From the NCBI GenBank assembly GCA_964016885.1, contig OZ024760.1, forward strand, positions 17,670,001-17,734,000: a stretch of DNA of 64,000 nt, read 5' to 3'. The notes beneath the pieces are model-generated. The model ran no database searches and was not told where the DNA came from. It saw only the letters and a program-made list of their open reading frames with translations. Shown one piece after another: positions 12,990-25,730 of this stretch. This DNA is from Eledone cirrhosa. Its lineage: Eukaryota. The position numbers and the translations under genes are program-made. Each line of letters begins with the position of its first letter. The stretch's first letter is position 1.

Positions 12990-15900
12990 AAAAATCAGGG
13001 GGAGATAATTTGTAAAAAAAAATCAGGGGGAGATAATTTGAAAAAAAAAATCAAGGGGAGATAATTTGTAAAAAAAATCAAGGGGAGATAATTTCCAGCC
13101 GTCCAAGGAGAGGTAATTTCAAGCCGTCCAAGGGGAGATAATTTCCAGCCGTCCAAGGGGAGATAATTTCCAGCCGTCCAAGGGTAGATAAAATCCAGCC
13201 GTCCAAGGAGACATATTTTCCAGCCGTCCAAGGAGAGGTAATTTCTAGCCGTCCAAAGGGAGATAAATTCCAGCCTCCAAGGGGAGATAATTTCCAGCCA
13301 GCCAAGGGGAGATAATTTGTAAAAAAATCAGGGGGAGATAATTTGTAAAAAAAAATAAGGGGGAGATAATTTGTAAAAAAAAATCAGGGGGAGATAATTT
13401 GTAAAAAAAATCAAGGGGAGATAATTCCAGCCGTCCAAGGGGAGATAAATTCCAGCCTCCAAGGGGAGATAATTTCCAGCCAGCCAAGGGGAGATAATTT
13501 GTAAAAAAATCAGGGGGAGATAATTTGTAAAAAAAATCAGGGGGAGATAATTTGTAAAAAAAAATCAGGGGGAGATAATTTGTAAAAAAAAATCAGGGGG
13601 AGATAATTTGTAAAAAAAAATCAGGGGGAGATAATTTGTAAAAAAAATCAAGGGGAGATAATTTCCAGCCGTCCAAGGGGAGATAATTTTCAGCCGTCCA
13701 AGGGGAGATAATTTCCCACCAGCCAAGGGAAGATAATATTTAAAAAAATCAGGCGGAGATAATTTGTAAAAAAAATCAGGGGGAGATAATTTGTAAAAAA
13801 ATCAGGGGGAGATAATTTGTAAAAAAAAATCAGGGGTAGATAATTTGTAAAAAAAAATAAGGGGGAGATAATTTGTAAAAAAAAATCAGGGGGAGATAAT
13901 TTGTAAAAAAAATCAAGGGGAGATAATTTGTAAAAAAAATCAAGGGGAGATAATTTCCAGCCGTCCAAGGGGAGATAATTTTCAGCCGTCCAAGGAGAGG
14001 TAATTTCAAGCCGTCCAAGGGGAGATAATTTCCAGCCGTCCAAGGGGAGATAATTTCCAGCCGTCCAAGGGGAGATAATTTTTTTTAAAAAATCAGGCGG
14101 AGATAATTTGTAAAAAAAATCAGGGGGAGATAATTTGTAAAAAAAAATCAGGGGGAGATAATTTGTAAAAAGAAATCAGGGGGAGATAATTTGTAAAAAA
14201 AAATCAGGGGGAGATAATTTGTAAAAAAAAATCAAGGGGAGATAATTTCCAGCCGTCCAAGGGGAGATAATTTTCAGCCGTCCAAGGGGAGATAATTTCC
14301 CGCCAGCCAAGGGGAGATAATATTTAAAAAAATCAGGCGGAGATAATTTGTAAAAAAAATCAGGGGGAGATAATTTGTAAAAAAATCAGGGGGAGATAAT
14401 TTGTAAAAAAAAATCAGGGGTAGATAATTTGTAAAAAAAAATCAGGGGAGATAATTTGTAAAAAAAAATCAGGGGGAGATTTGTAAAAAAAATCAAGGGA
14501 AGATAATTTGTAAAAAAAATCAAGGGGAGATAATTTCCAGCCGTCCAAGGGGAGATAATTTTCAGCCGTCCAAGGAGAGGTAATTTCAAGCCGTCCAAGG
14601 GGAGATAATTTCCAGCCGTCCAAGGGGAGATAATTTCCAGCCGTCCAAGGGGAGATAATTTCCAGCCGTCCAAGGGTAGATAATATCCAGCCGTCCAAGG
14701 AGACATATTTGCCAGCCGTCCAAGGAGAGGTAATTTCTAGCCGTCCAAAGGGAGATAAATTCCAGCCTCCAAAGGGAGATAATTTCCAGCCAGCCAAGGG
14801 GAGATAATTTGTAAAAAAATCAGGGGGAGATAATTTGTAAAAAAAATCAGGGGGAGATAATTTGTAAAAAAAAATCAGGGGGAGATAATTTGTAAAAAAA
14901 AATCAGGGGGAGATAATTTGTAAAAAAAAATCAGGGGGAGATAATTTGTAAAAAAAATCAAGGGGAGATAATTTCCACCCGTCCAAGGGGAGATAATATT
15001 CAGCCGTCCAAGGGGAGATAATTTCCCGCCAGCCAAGGGAAGATAATATTTAAAAAAATCAGGCGGAGATAATTTGTAAAAAAAATCAGGGGGAGATAAT
15101 TTGTAAAAAAATCAGGGGGAGATAATTTATAAAAAAAAATCAGGGGTAGATAATTTGTAAAAAAAAATCAGGGGGAGATAATTTGTAAAAAAAAATCAGG
15201 GGGAGATAATTTGTAAAAAAAATCAAGGGGAGATAATTTGTAAAAAAAATCAAGGGGAGATAATTTCCAGCCGTCCAAGGGGAAATAATTTCCAGCCGTC
15301 CAAGGAGACATAATTTTAAAAAAAAATCAGGCGGAGATAATTTGTAAAAAAAAATCAGGGGGAGATAATTCGTAAAAAAAAATCAGGCGGAGATAATTTG
15401 TAAAAAAAATCAAGGGGAGATAATTTCCAGCCGTCCAAGGGGAGATAATTTTCAGCCGTCCAAGGAGAGGTAATTTCAAGCCGTCCAAGGGGAGATAATT
15501 TCCAGCCGTCCAAGGGGAGATAATTTCCAGCCGTCCAAGGGGAGATAATTTTTTAAAAAAATCAGGCGGAGATAATTTGTAAAAAAATCAAGGGGAGATA
15601 ATTTGCAGCCGTCCAAGGGGAGATAATTTTCAGTCGTCCAAGGAGAGGTAATTTCTAGCCGTCCAAGGGGAGATAATTTCCAGCCGTCCAAGGGGAGATA
15701 ATTTCCAGCCGTCCAAGGGGAGATAATTTTTTTAAAAAAATCAGGCGGAGATAATTTGTGAAAAAAATCAGGGGGAGATAATTTGTAAAAAAAAATCAGG
15801 GGGAGATAATTTGTAAAAAAAAATCAGGGGGAGATAATTTGTAAAAAAAATCAAGGAGAGATAATTTGCAGCCGTCCAAGGGAAGATAATTTCCAGCCCT

Positions 15901-18900
15901 CCAAGTGGCTATAATTTCCAGTGTACAAGGGGAGATAATTTCCAGCCAGCGAAGGGGAGATAATTTTTTTTAAAAAATCATGGGGAGATTTGTAAAAAAA
16001 ATCAGGGGGAGATAATTTGTAAAAAAAATCAAAGGGAGATAATTTCCAGCCGTCCAAAGAGAGATAATTTCTAGCCGTCCAAGGGGAGATAATTTCGAGC
16101 CAAGGGGAGATAATTTCCAGCCGTCCAAGGGGAGATAATTTTTTAAAAAATCAGGTGGAGATGATTTGTAAAAAAAATCAGGGGGAGATAATTTGTAAAA
16201 ACAAAATCAAGGGCAGATAATTTCCAGCTGTCCAAGGGGAGATAATTTCCAGCCGTGCAAGGGGAGATAATTTCCAGCTGTCCAAGGGGAGATAATTTCC
16301 ATCCTTCCAAGGGGAGATAATTTCCAGCCGTCCAAGGGGAGATAATTTCCCGCCAGCCAAGGGAAGATAATTTTTTAAAAAATCAGGCGGAGATTGTAAA
16401 AAAAATCAGGCGGAGGTAATTTGTAAAAAAAAATCAGGGGGAGATAATTTGTAAAAAAAATCAGGGGTAGATAATTTGTAAAAAAAATCAGGGGGAGATA
16501 ATTTGTAAAAAAAAATCAGGGGGAGATAATTTGTAAAAAAAATCAAGGGGAGATAATTTGCAGCCGTCCAAGGGGAGATAATTTTCAGCCGTCCAAGGAG
16601 AGGTAATTTCTAGCCGTCCAAGGGGAGATAATTTCCAGCCGTCCAAGGGGAGATAATTTTCAGCCGTCCAAGAGAAGATAATTTTTTTAAAAAAAATCAG
16701 GCGGAGATAATTTGTAAAAAAAATCAGGGGGAGATAATTTGCAGCCGTCCAAGGAGACATATTTTCCAGCCGTCCAAGGAGAGGTAATTTCTAGCCGTCC
16801 AAAGGGAGATAAATTCCAGCCTCCAAGGGGAGATAATTTCCAGCCAGCCAAGGGGAGATAATTTGTAAAAAGATCAGGGGGAGATAATTTGTAAAAAAAA
16901 TCAGGGGGAGATAATTTGTAAAAAAAAATCAGGGGGAGATAATTTGTAAAAAAAAATCAGGGGGAGATAATTTGTAAAAAAAATCAAGGGGAGATAATTT
17001 CCAGCCGTCCAAGGGGAGATAATTTTCAGCCGTCCAAGGGGAGATAATTTCCCGCCAGCCAAGGGAAGATAATATTTAAAAAAATCAGGCGGAGATAATT
17101 TGTAAAAAAAATCAGGGGGAGATAATTTGTAAAAAAATCAGGGGGAGATAATTTGTAAAAAAAAATCAGGGGTAGATAATTTGTAAAAAAAAATAAGGGG
17201 GAGATAATTTGTAAAAAAAAATCAGGGGGAGATAATTTGTAAAAAAAATGAAGGGGAGATAATTTGTAAAAAAAATCAAGGGGAGATAATTTCCAGCCGT
17301 CCAAGGGGAGATAATTTTCAGCCGTCCAAGGAGAGGTAATTTCAAGCCGTCCAAGGGGAGATAATTTCCAGCCGTCCAAGGGGAGATAATTTCCAGCCGT
17401 CCAAGAGGAGATAATTTTTTTAAAAAAATCAGGCGGAGATAATTTGTAAAAAAAATCAGGGGGAGATAATTTGTAAAAAAAAATCAGGGGGAGATAATTT
17501 GTAAAAAAAAATCAGGGGGAGATAATTTGTAAAAAAAAATCAGGGGGAGATAATTTGTAAAAAAAATCAAGGGGAGATAATTTCCAGCCGTCCAAGGGGA
17601 GATAATTTTCAGCCGTCCAAGGGGAGATAATTTCCCGCCAGCCAAGGGAAGATAATATTTAAAAAAATCAGGATGATAATTTGTAAAAAAAAATCAGGGG
17701 GAGATAATTTGTAAAAAAATCAGGGGGAGATAATTTGTCAAAAAAAATCAGGGGTAGATAATTTGTAAAAAAAAATCAGGGGGAGATAATTTGTAAAAAA
17801 AAATCAGGGGGAGATAATTTGTAAAAAAAATCAAGGGGAGATAATTTGTAAAAAAAATCAAGGGGAGATAATTTCCAGCCGTCCAAGGGGAGATAATTTT
17901 CAGCCGTCCAAGGAGAGGTAATTTCAAGCCGTCCAAGGGGAGATAATTTCCAGCCGTCCAAGGGGAGATAATTTCCAGCCGTCCAAGGGGAGATAATTTC
18001 CAGCCGTCCAAGGGTAGATAATATCCAGCCGTCCAAGGAGACATATTTGCCAGCCGTCCAAGGAGAGATAATTTCAAGCCGTCCAAGGGGAGATAATTTC
18101 CAGCCGTCCAAGGGGAGATAATTTCCAGCCGTCCAAGGGGAGATAATTTCCAGCCAGCCAAGGGGAGATAATTTGTAAAAAAATCAGGGGGAGATAATTT
18201 GTAAAAAAAATCAGGGGGAGATAATTTGTAAAAAAAAATCAGGGGGAGATAATTTGTAAAAAAAAGTCAGGGGGAGATAATTTGTAAAAAAAAATCAGGG
18301 GGAGATAATTTGTAAAAAAAATCAAGGGGAGATAATTTCCAGCCGTCCAAGGGGAGATAATTTTCAGCCGTCCAAGGGGAGATAATTTCCCGCCAGCCAA
18401 GGGAAGATAATATTTAAAAAAATCAGGCGGAGATAATTTGTAAAAAAAATCAGGGGGAGATAATTTGTAAAAAAAAATCAGGGGGAGATAATTTGTAAAA
18501 AAAATCAAGGGGAGATAATTTGTAAAAAAAAATCAAGGGGAGATAATTTCCAGCCGTCCAAGCGGAAATAATTTCCAGCCGTCCAAGGAGAGATAATTTT
18601 AAAAAAAAACCAGGCGGAGAAAATTTGTAAAAAAAAATCAGGGGGAGATAATTTGTAAAAAAAAATCAGGGGGAGATAATTTGTAAAAAAAATCAAGGGG
18701 AGATAATTTGCAGCCGTCCAAGGGGAGATAATTTCCAGCCGTCCAAGGGGAGATAATTTTTTTGAAAAAATCAGGCGGAGATAATTTGTGAAAAAAATCA
18801 GGGGGAGATAATTTGTAAAAAAAAATCAGGGGGAGATAATTTGTAAAAAAAAATCAGGGGGAGATAATTTGTAAAAAAAATCAAGGAGAGATAATTTCCA

Positions 18901-21900
18901 GCCGTCCAAGGGAAGATAATTTCCAGCCCTCCAAGTGGCTATAATTTCCAGTGTCCAAGGGGAGATAATTTCCAGCCAGCGAAGGGGAGATAATTTTTTT
19001 TTAAAAATCAGGGGGAGATTTGTAAAAAAAATCAGGGGGAGATAATTTGTAAACAAAATCAAAGGGAGATAATTTCCAGCCGTCCAAAGAGAGATAATTT
19101 CTAGCCGTCCAAGGGGAGATAATTTCGAGCCAAGGGGAGATAATTTCCAGCCGTCCAAGGGGAGATAATTTTTTAAAAAATCAGGTGGAGATAATTTGTA
19201 AAAAAAATCAGGGGGAGATAATTTGTAAAAACAAAATCAAGGGCAGATAATTTCCAGCTGTCCAAGGGGAGATAATTTCCAGCCGTGCAAGGGGAGATAA
19301 TTTCCAGCCGTCCTAGGGGAGATAATTTCCATCCTTCCAAGGGGAGATAATTTCCAGCCGTCCAAGGGGAGATAATTTCCCGCCAGCCAAGGGAAGATAA
19401 TTTTTTAAAAAATCAGGCGGAGATTGTAAAAAAAATCAGGGGGAGATAATTTGTAAAAAAAAATCAGGGGGAGATAATTTGAAAAAAAAAATCAAGGGGA
19501 GATAATTTGTAAAAAAAATCAAGGGGAGATAATTTCCAGCCGTCCAAGGAGAGGTAATTTCAAGCCGTCCAAGGGGAGATAATTTCCAGCCGTCCAAGGG
19601 GAGATAATTTCCAGCCGTCCAAGGGTAGATAAAATCCAGCCGTCCAAGGAGACATATTTTCCAGCCGTCCAAGGAGAGGTAATTTCTAGCCGTCCAAAGG
19701 GAGATAAATTCCAGCCTCCAAGGGGAGATAATTTCCAGCCAGCCAAGGGGAGATAATTTGTAAAAAAATCAGGGGGAGATAATTTGTAAAAAAAAATAAG
19801 GGGGAGATAATTTGTAAAAAAAATCAAGGGGAGATAATTCCAGCCGTCCAAGGGGAGATAAATTCCAGCCTCCAAGGGGAGATAATTTCCAGCCAGCCAA
19901 GGGGAGATAATTTGTAAAAAAATCAGGGGGAGATAATTTGTAAAAAAAATCAGGGGGAGATAATTTGTAAAAAAAAATCAGGGGGAGATAATTTGTAAAA
20001 AAAAATCAGGGGGAGATAATTTGTAAAAAAAAATCAGGGGGAGATAATTTGTAAAAAAAATCAAGGGGAGATAATTTCCAGCCGTCCAAGGGGAGATAAT
20101 TTTCAGCCGTCCAAGGGGAGATAATTTCCCACCAGCCAAGGGAAGATAATATTTAAAAAAATCAGGCGGAGATAATTTGTAAAAAAAATCAGGGGGAGAT
20201 AATTTGTAAAAAAATCAGGGGGAGATAATTTGTAAAAAAAAATCAGGGGTAGATAATTTGTAAAAAAAAATAAGGGGGAGATAATTTGTAAAAAAAAATC
20301 AGGGGGAGATAATTTGTAAAAAAAATCAAGGGGAGATAATTTGTAAAAAAAATCAAGGGGAGATAATTTCCAGCCGTCCAAGGGGAGATAATTTTCAGCC
20401 GTCCAAGGAGAGGTAATTTCAAGCCGTCCAAGGGGAGATAATTTCCAGCCGTCCAAGGGGAGATAATTTCCAGCCGTCCAAGGGGAGATAATTTTTTTTA
20501 AAAAATCAGGCGGAGATAATTTGTAAAAAAAATCAGGGGGAGATAATTTGTAAAAAAAAATCAGGGGGAGATAATTTGTAAAAAGAAATCAGGGGGAGAT
20601 AATTTGTAAAAAAAAATCAGGGGGAGATAATTTGTAAAAAAAAATCAAGGGGAGATAATTTCCAGCCGTCCAAGGGGAGATAATTTTCAGCCGTCCAAGG
20701 GGAGATAATTTCCCGCCAGCCAAGGGGAGATAATATTTAAAAAAATCAGGCGGAGATAATTTGTAAAAAAAATCAGGGGGAGATAATTTGTAAAAAAATC
20801 AGGGGGAGATAATTTGTAAAAAAAAATCAGGGGTAGATAATTTGTAAAAAAAAATCAGGGGAGATAATTTGTAAAAAAAAATCAGGGGGAGATTTGTAAA
20901 AAAAATCAAGGGAAGATAATTTGTAAAAAAAATCAAGGGGAGATAATTTCCAGCCGTCCAAGGGGAGATAATTTTCAGCCGTCCAAGGAGAGGTAATTTC
21001 AAGCCGTCCAAGGGGAGATAATTTCCAGCCGTCCAAGGGGAGATAATTTCCAGCCGTCCAAGGGGAGATAATTTCCAGCCGTCCAAGGGTAGATAATATC
21101 CAGCCGTCCAAGGAGACATATTTGCCAGCCGTCCAAGGAGAGGTAATTTCTAGCCGTCCAAAGGGAGATAAATTCCAGCCTCCAAAGGGAGATAATTTCC
21201 AGCCAGCCAAGGGGAGATAATTTGTAAAAAAATCAGGGGGAGATAATTTGTAAAAAAAATCAGGGGGAGATAATTTGTAAAAAAAAATCAGGGGGAGATA
21301 ATTTGTAAAAAAAAATCAGGGGGAGATAATTTGTAAAAAAAAATCAGGGGGAGATAATTTGTAAAAAAAATCAAGGGGAGATAATTTCCACCCGTCCAAG
21401 GGGAGATAATATTCAGCCGTCCAAGGGGAGATAATTTCCCGCCAGCCAAGGGAAGATAATATTTAAAAAAATCAGGCGGAGATAATTTGTAAAAAAAATC
21501 AGGGGGAGATAATTTGTAAAAAAATCAGGGGGAGATAATTTATAAAAAAAAATCAGGGGTAGATAATTTGTAAAAAAAAATCAGGGGGAGATAATTTGTA
21601 AAAAAAAATCAGGGGGAGATAATTTGTAAAAAAAATCAAGGGGAGATAATTTGTAAAAAAAATCAAGGGGAGATAATTTCCAGCCGTCCAAGGGGAGATA
21701 ATTTCCAGCCGTCCAAGGGGAGATAATTTCCAGCCGTCCAAGGGGAGATAATTTTTTAAAAAAATCAGGCGGAGATAATTTGTAAAAAAATCAAGGGGAG
21801 ATAATTTGCAGCCGTCCAAGGGGAGATAATTTTCAGTCGTCCAAGGAGAGGTAATTTCTAGCCGTCCAAGGGGAGATAATTTCCAGCCGTCCAAGGGGAG

Positions 21901-24900
21901 ATAATTTCCAGCCGTCCAAGGGGAGATAATTTTTTTAAAAAAATCAGGCGGAGATAATTTGTGAAAAAAATCAGGGGGAGATAATTTGTAAAAAAAAATC
22001 AGGGGGAGATAATTTGTAAAAAAAAATCAGGGGGAGATAATTTGTAAAAAAAATCAAGGAGAGATAATTTGCAGCCGTCCAAGGGAAGATAATTTCCAGC
22101 CCTCCAAGTGGCTATAATTTCCAGTGTACAAGGGGAGATAATTTCCAGCCAGCGAAGGGGAGATAATTTTTTTTTAAAAATCATGGGGAGATTTGTAAAA
22201 AAAATCAGGGGGAGATAATTTGTAAAAAAAATCAAAGGGAGATAATTTCCAGCCGTCCAAAGAGAGATAATTTCTAGCCGTCCAAGGGGAGATAATTTCG
22301 AGCCAAGGGGAGATAATTTCCAGCCGTCCAAGGGGAGATAATTTTTTAAAAAATCAGGTGGAGATGATTTGTAAAAAAAATCAGGGGGAGATAATTTGTA
22401 AAAACAAAATCAAGGGCAGATAATTTCCAGCTGTCCAAGGGGAGATAATTTCCAGCCGTGCAAGGGGAGATAATTTCCAGCCGTCCAAGGGGAGATAATT
22501 TCCATCCTTCCAAGGGGAGATAATTTCCAGCCGTCCAAGGGGAGATAATTTCCCGCCAGCCAAGGGAAGATAATTTTTTAAAAAATCAGGCGGAGATTGT
22601 AAAAAAAATCAGGCGGAGGTAATTTGTAAAAAAAAATCAGGGGGAGATAATTTGTAAAAAAAATCAGGGGTAGATAATTTGTAAAAAAAATCAGGGGGAG
22701 ATAATTTGTAAAAAAAAATCAGGGGGAGATAATTTGTAAAAAAAATCAAGGGGAGATAATTTGCAGCCGTCCAAGGGGAGATAATTTTCAGCCGTCCAAG
22801 GAGAGGTAATTTCTAGCCGTCCAAGGGGAGATAATTTCCAGCCGTCCAAGGGGAGATAATTTTCAGCCGTCCAAGAGAAGATAATTTTTTTAAAAAAATC
22901 AGGCGGAGATAATTTGTAAAAAAAATCAGGGGGAGATAATTTGCAGCCGTCCAAGGAGACATATTTTCCAGCCGTCCAAGGAGAGGTAATTTCTAGCCGT
23001 CCAAAGGGAGATAAATTCCAGCCTCCAAGGGGAGATAATTTCCAGCCAGCCAAGGGGAGATAATTTGTAAAAAGATCAGGGGGAGATAATTTGTAAAAAA
23101 AATCAGGGGGAGATAATTTGTAAAAAAAAATCAGGGGGAGATAATTTGTAAAAAAAAATCAGGGGGAGATAATTTGTAAAAAAAATCAAGGGGAGATAAT
23201 TTCCAGCCGTCCAAGGGGAGATAATTTTCAGCCGTCCAAGGGGAGATAATTTCCCGCCAGCCAAGGGAAGATAATATTTAAAAAAATCAGGCGGAGATAA
23301 TTTGTAAAAAAAATCAGGGGGAGATAATTTGTAAAAAAATCAGGGGGAGATAATTTGTAAAAAAAAATCAGGGGTAGATAATTTGTAAAAAAAAATAAGG
23401 GGGAGATAATTTGTAAAAAAAAATCAGGGGGAGATAATTTGTAAAAAAAATGAAGGGGAGATAATTTGTAAAAAAAATCAAGGGGAGATAATTTCCAGCC
23501 GTCCAAGGGGAGATAATTTTCAGCCGTCCAAGGAGAGGTAATTTCAAGCCGTCCAAGGGGAGATAATTTCCAGCCGTCCAAGGGGAGATAATTTCCAGCC
23601 GTCCAAGAGGAGATAATTTTTTTAAAAAAATCAGGCGGAGATAATTTGTAAAAAAAATCAGGGGGAGATAATTTGTAAAAAAAAATCAGGGGGAGATAAT
23701 TTGTAAAAAAAAATCAGGGGGAGATAATTTGTAAAAAAAAATCAGGGGGAGATAATTTGTAAAAAAAATCAAGGGGAGATAATTTCCAGCCGTCCAAGGG
23801 GAGATAATTTTCAGCCGTCCAAGGGGAGATAATTTCCCGCCAGCCAAGGGAAGATAATATTTAAAAAAATCAGGATGATAATTTGTAAAAAAAAATCAGG
23901 GGGAGATAATTTGTAAAAAAATCAGGGGGAGATAATTTGTCAAAAAAAATCAGGGGTAGATAATTTGTAAAAAAAAATCAGGGGGAGATAATTTGTAAAA
24001 AAAAATCAGGGGGAGATAATTTGTAAAAAAAATCAAGGGGAGATAATTTGTAAAAAAAATCAAGGGGAGATAATTTCCAGCCGTCCAAGGGGAGATAATT
24101 TTCAGCCGTCCAAGGAGAGGTAATTTCAAGCCGTCCAAGGGGAGATAATTTCCAGCCGTCCAAGGGGAGATAATTTCCAGCCGTCCAAGGGGAGATAATT
24201 TCCAGCCGTCCAAGGGTAGATAATATCCAGCCGTCCAAGGAGACATATTTGCCAGCCGTCCAAGGAGAGATAATTTCAAGCCGTCCAAGGGGAGATAATT
24301 TCCAGCCGTCCAAGGGGAGATAATTTCCAGCCGTCCAAGGGGAGATAATTTCCAGCCAGCCAAGGGGAGATAATTTGTAAAAAAATCAGGGGGAGATAAT
24401 TTGTAAAAAAAATCAGGGGGAGATAATTTGTAAAAAAAAATCAGGGGGAGATAATTTGTAAAAAAAAGTCAGGGGGAGATAATTTGTAAAAAAAAATCAG
24501 GGGGAGATAATTTGTAAAAAAAATCAAGGGGAGATAATTTCCAGCCGTCCAAGGGGAGATAATTTTCAGCCGTCCAAGGGGAGATAATTTCCCGCCAGCC
24601 AAGGGAAGATAATATTTAAAAAAATCAGGCGGAGATAATTTGTAAAAAAAATCAGGGGGAGATAATTTGTAAAAAAATCAGGGGGAGATAATTTGTAAAA
24701 AAAAATCAGGGGTAGATAATTTGTAAAAAAAATCAGGGGGAGATAATTTGTAAAAAAAAATCAGGGGGAGATAATTTGTAAAAAAAATCAAGGGGAGATA
24801 ATTTGTAAAAAAAAATCAAGGGGAGATAATTTCCAGCCGTCCAAGCGGAAATAATTTCCAGCCGTCCAAGGAGAGATAATTTAAAAAAAAAATCAGGCGG

Positions 24901-25730
24901 AGAAAATTTGTAAAAAAAAATCAGGGGGAGATAATTTGTAAAAAAAAATCAGGGGGAGATAATTTGTAAAAAAAATCAAGGGGAGATAATTTGCAGCCGT
25001 CCAAGGGGAGATAATTTCCAGCCGTCCAAGGGGAGATAATTTTTTTGAAAAAATCAGGCGGAGATAATTTGTGAAAAAAATCAGGGGGAGATAATTTGTA
25101 AAAAAAAATCAGGGGGAGATAATTTGTAAAAAAAAATCAGGGGGAGATAATTTGTAAAAAAAATCAAGGAGAGATAATTTCCAGCCGTCCAAGGGAAGAT
25201 AATTTCCAGCCCTCCAAGTGGCTATAATTTCCAGTGTCCAAGGGGAGATAATTTCCAGCCAGCGAAGGGGAGATAATTTTTTTTTAAAAATCAGGGGGAG
25301 ATTTGTAAAAAAAATCAGGGGGAGATAATTTGTAAACAAAATCAAAGGGAGATAATTTCCAGCCGTCCAAAGAGAGATAATTTCTAGCCGTCCAAGGGGA
25401 GATAATTTCGAGCCAAGGGGAGATAATTTCCAGCCGTCCAAGGGGAGATAATTTTTTAAAAAATCAGGTGGAGATAATTTGTAAAAAAAATCAGGGGGAG
25501 ATAATTTGTAAAAACAAAATCAAGGGCAGATAATTTCCAGCTGTCCAAGGGGAGATAATTTCCAGCCGTGCAAGGGGAGATAATTTCCAGCCGTCCTAGG
25601 GGAGATAATTTCCATCCTTCCAAGGGGAGATAATTTCCAGCCGTCCAAGGGGAGATAATTTCCCGCCAGCCAAGGGAAGATAATTTTTTAAAAAATCAGG
25701 CGGAGATTGTAAAAAAAATCAGGGGGAGAT
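12990..25730. repeat. Higher-order tandem duplication of ~6.2-6.4 kb within the satellite
   Basis: Identical or near-identical ORF-track translations recur at offsets 6441 (12995/19436), 6413 (13690/20103, 14386/20799), 6202-6203 (16178/22381, 17026/23228, 17748/23950) and 6283 (18826/25109). Boundaries approximate. Confidence 0.85.
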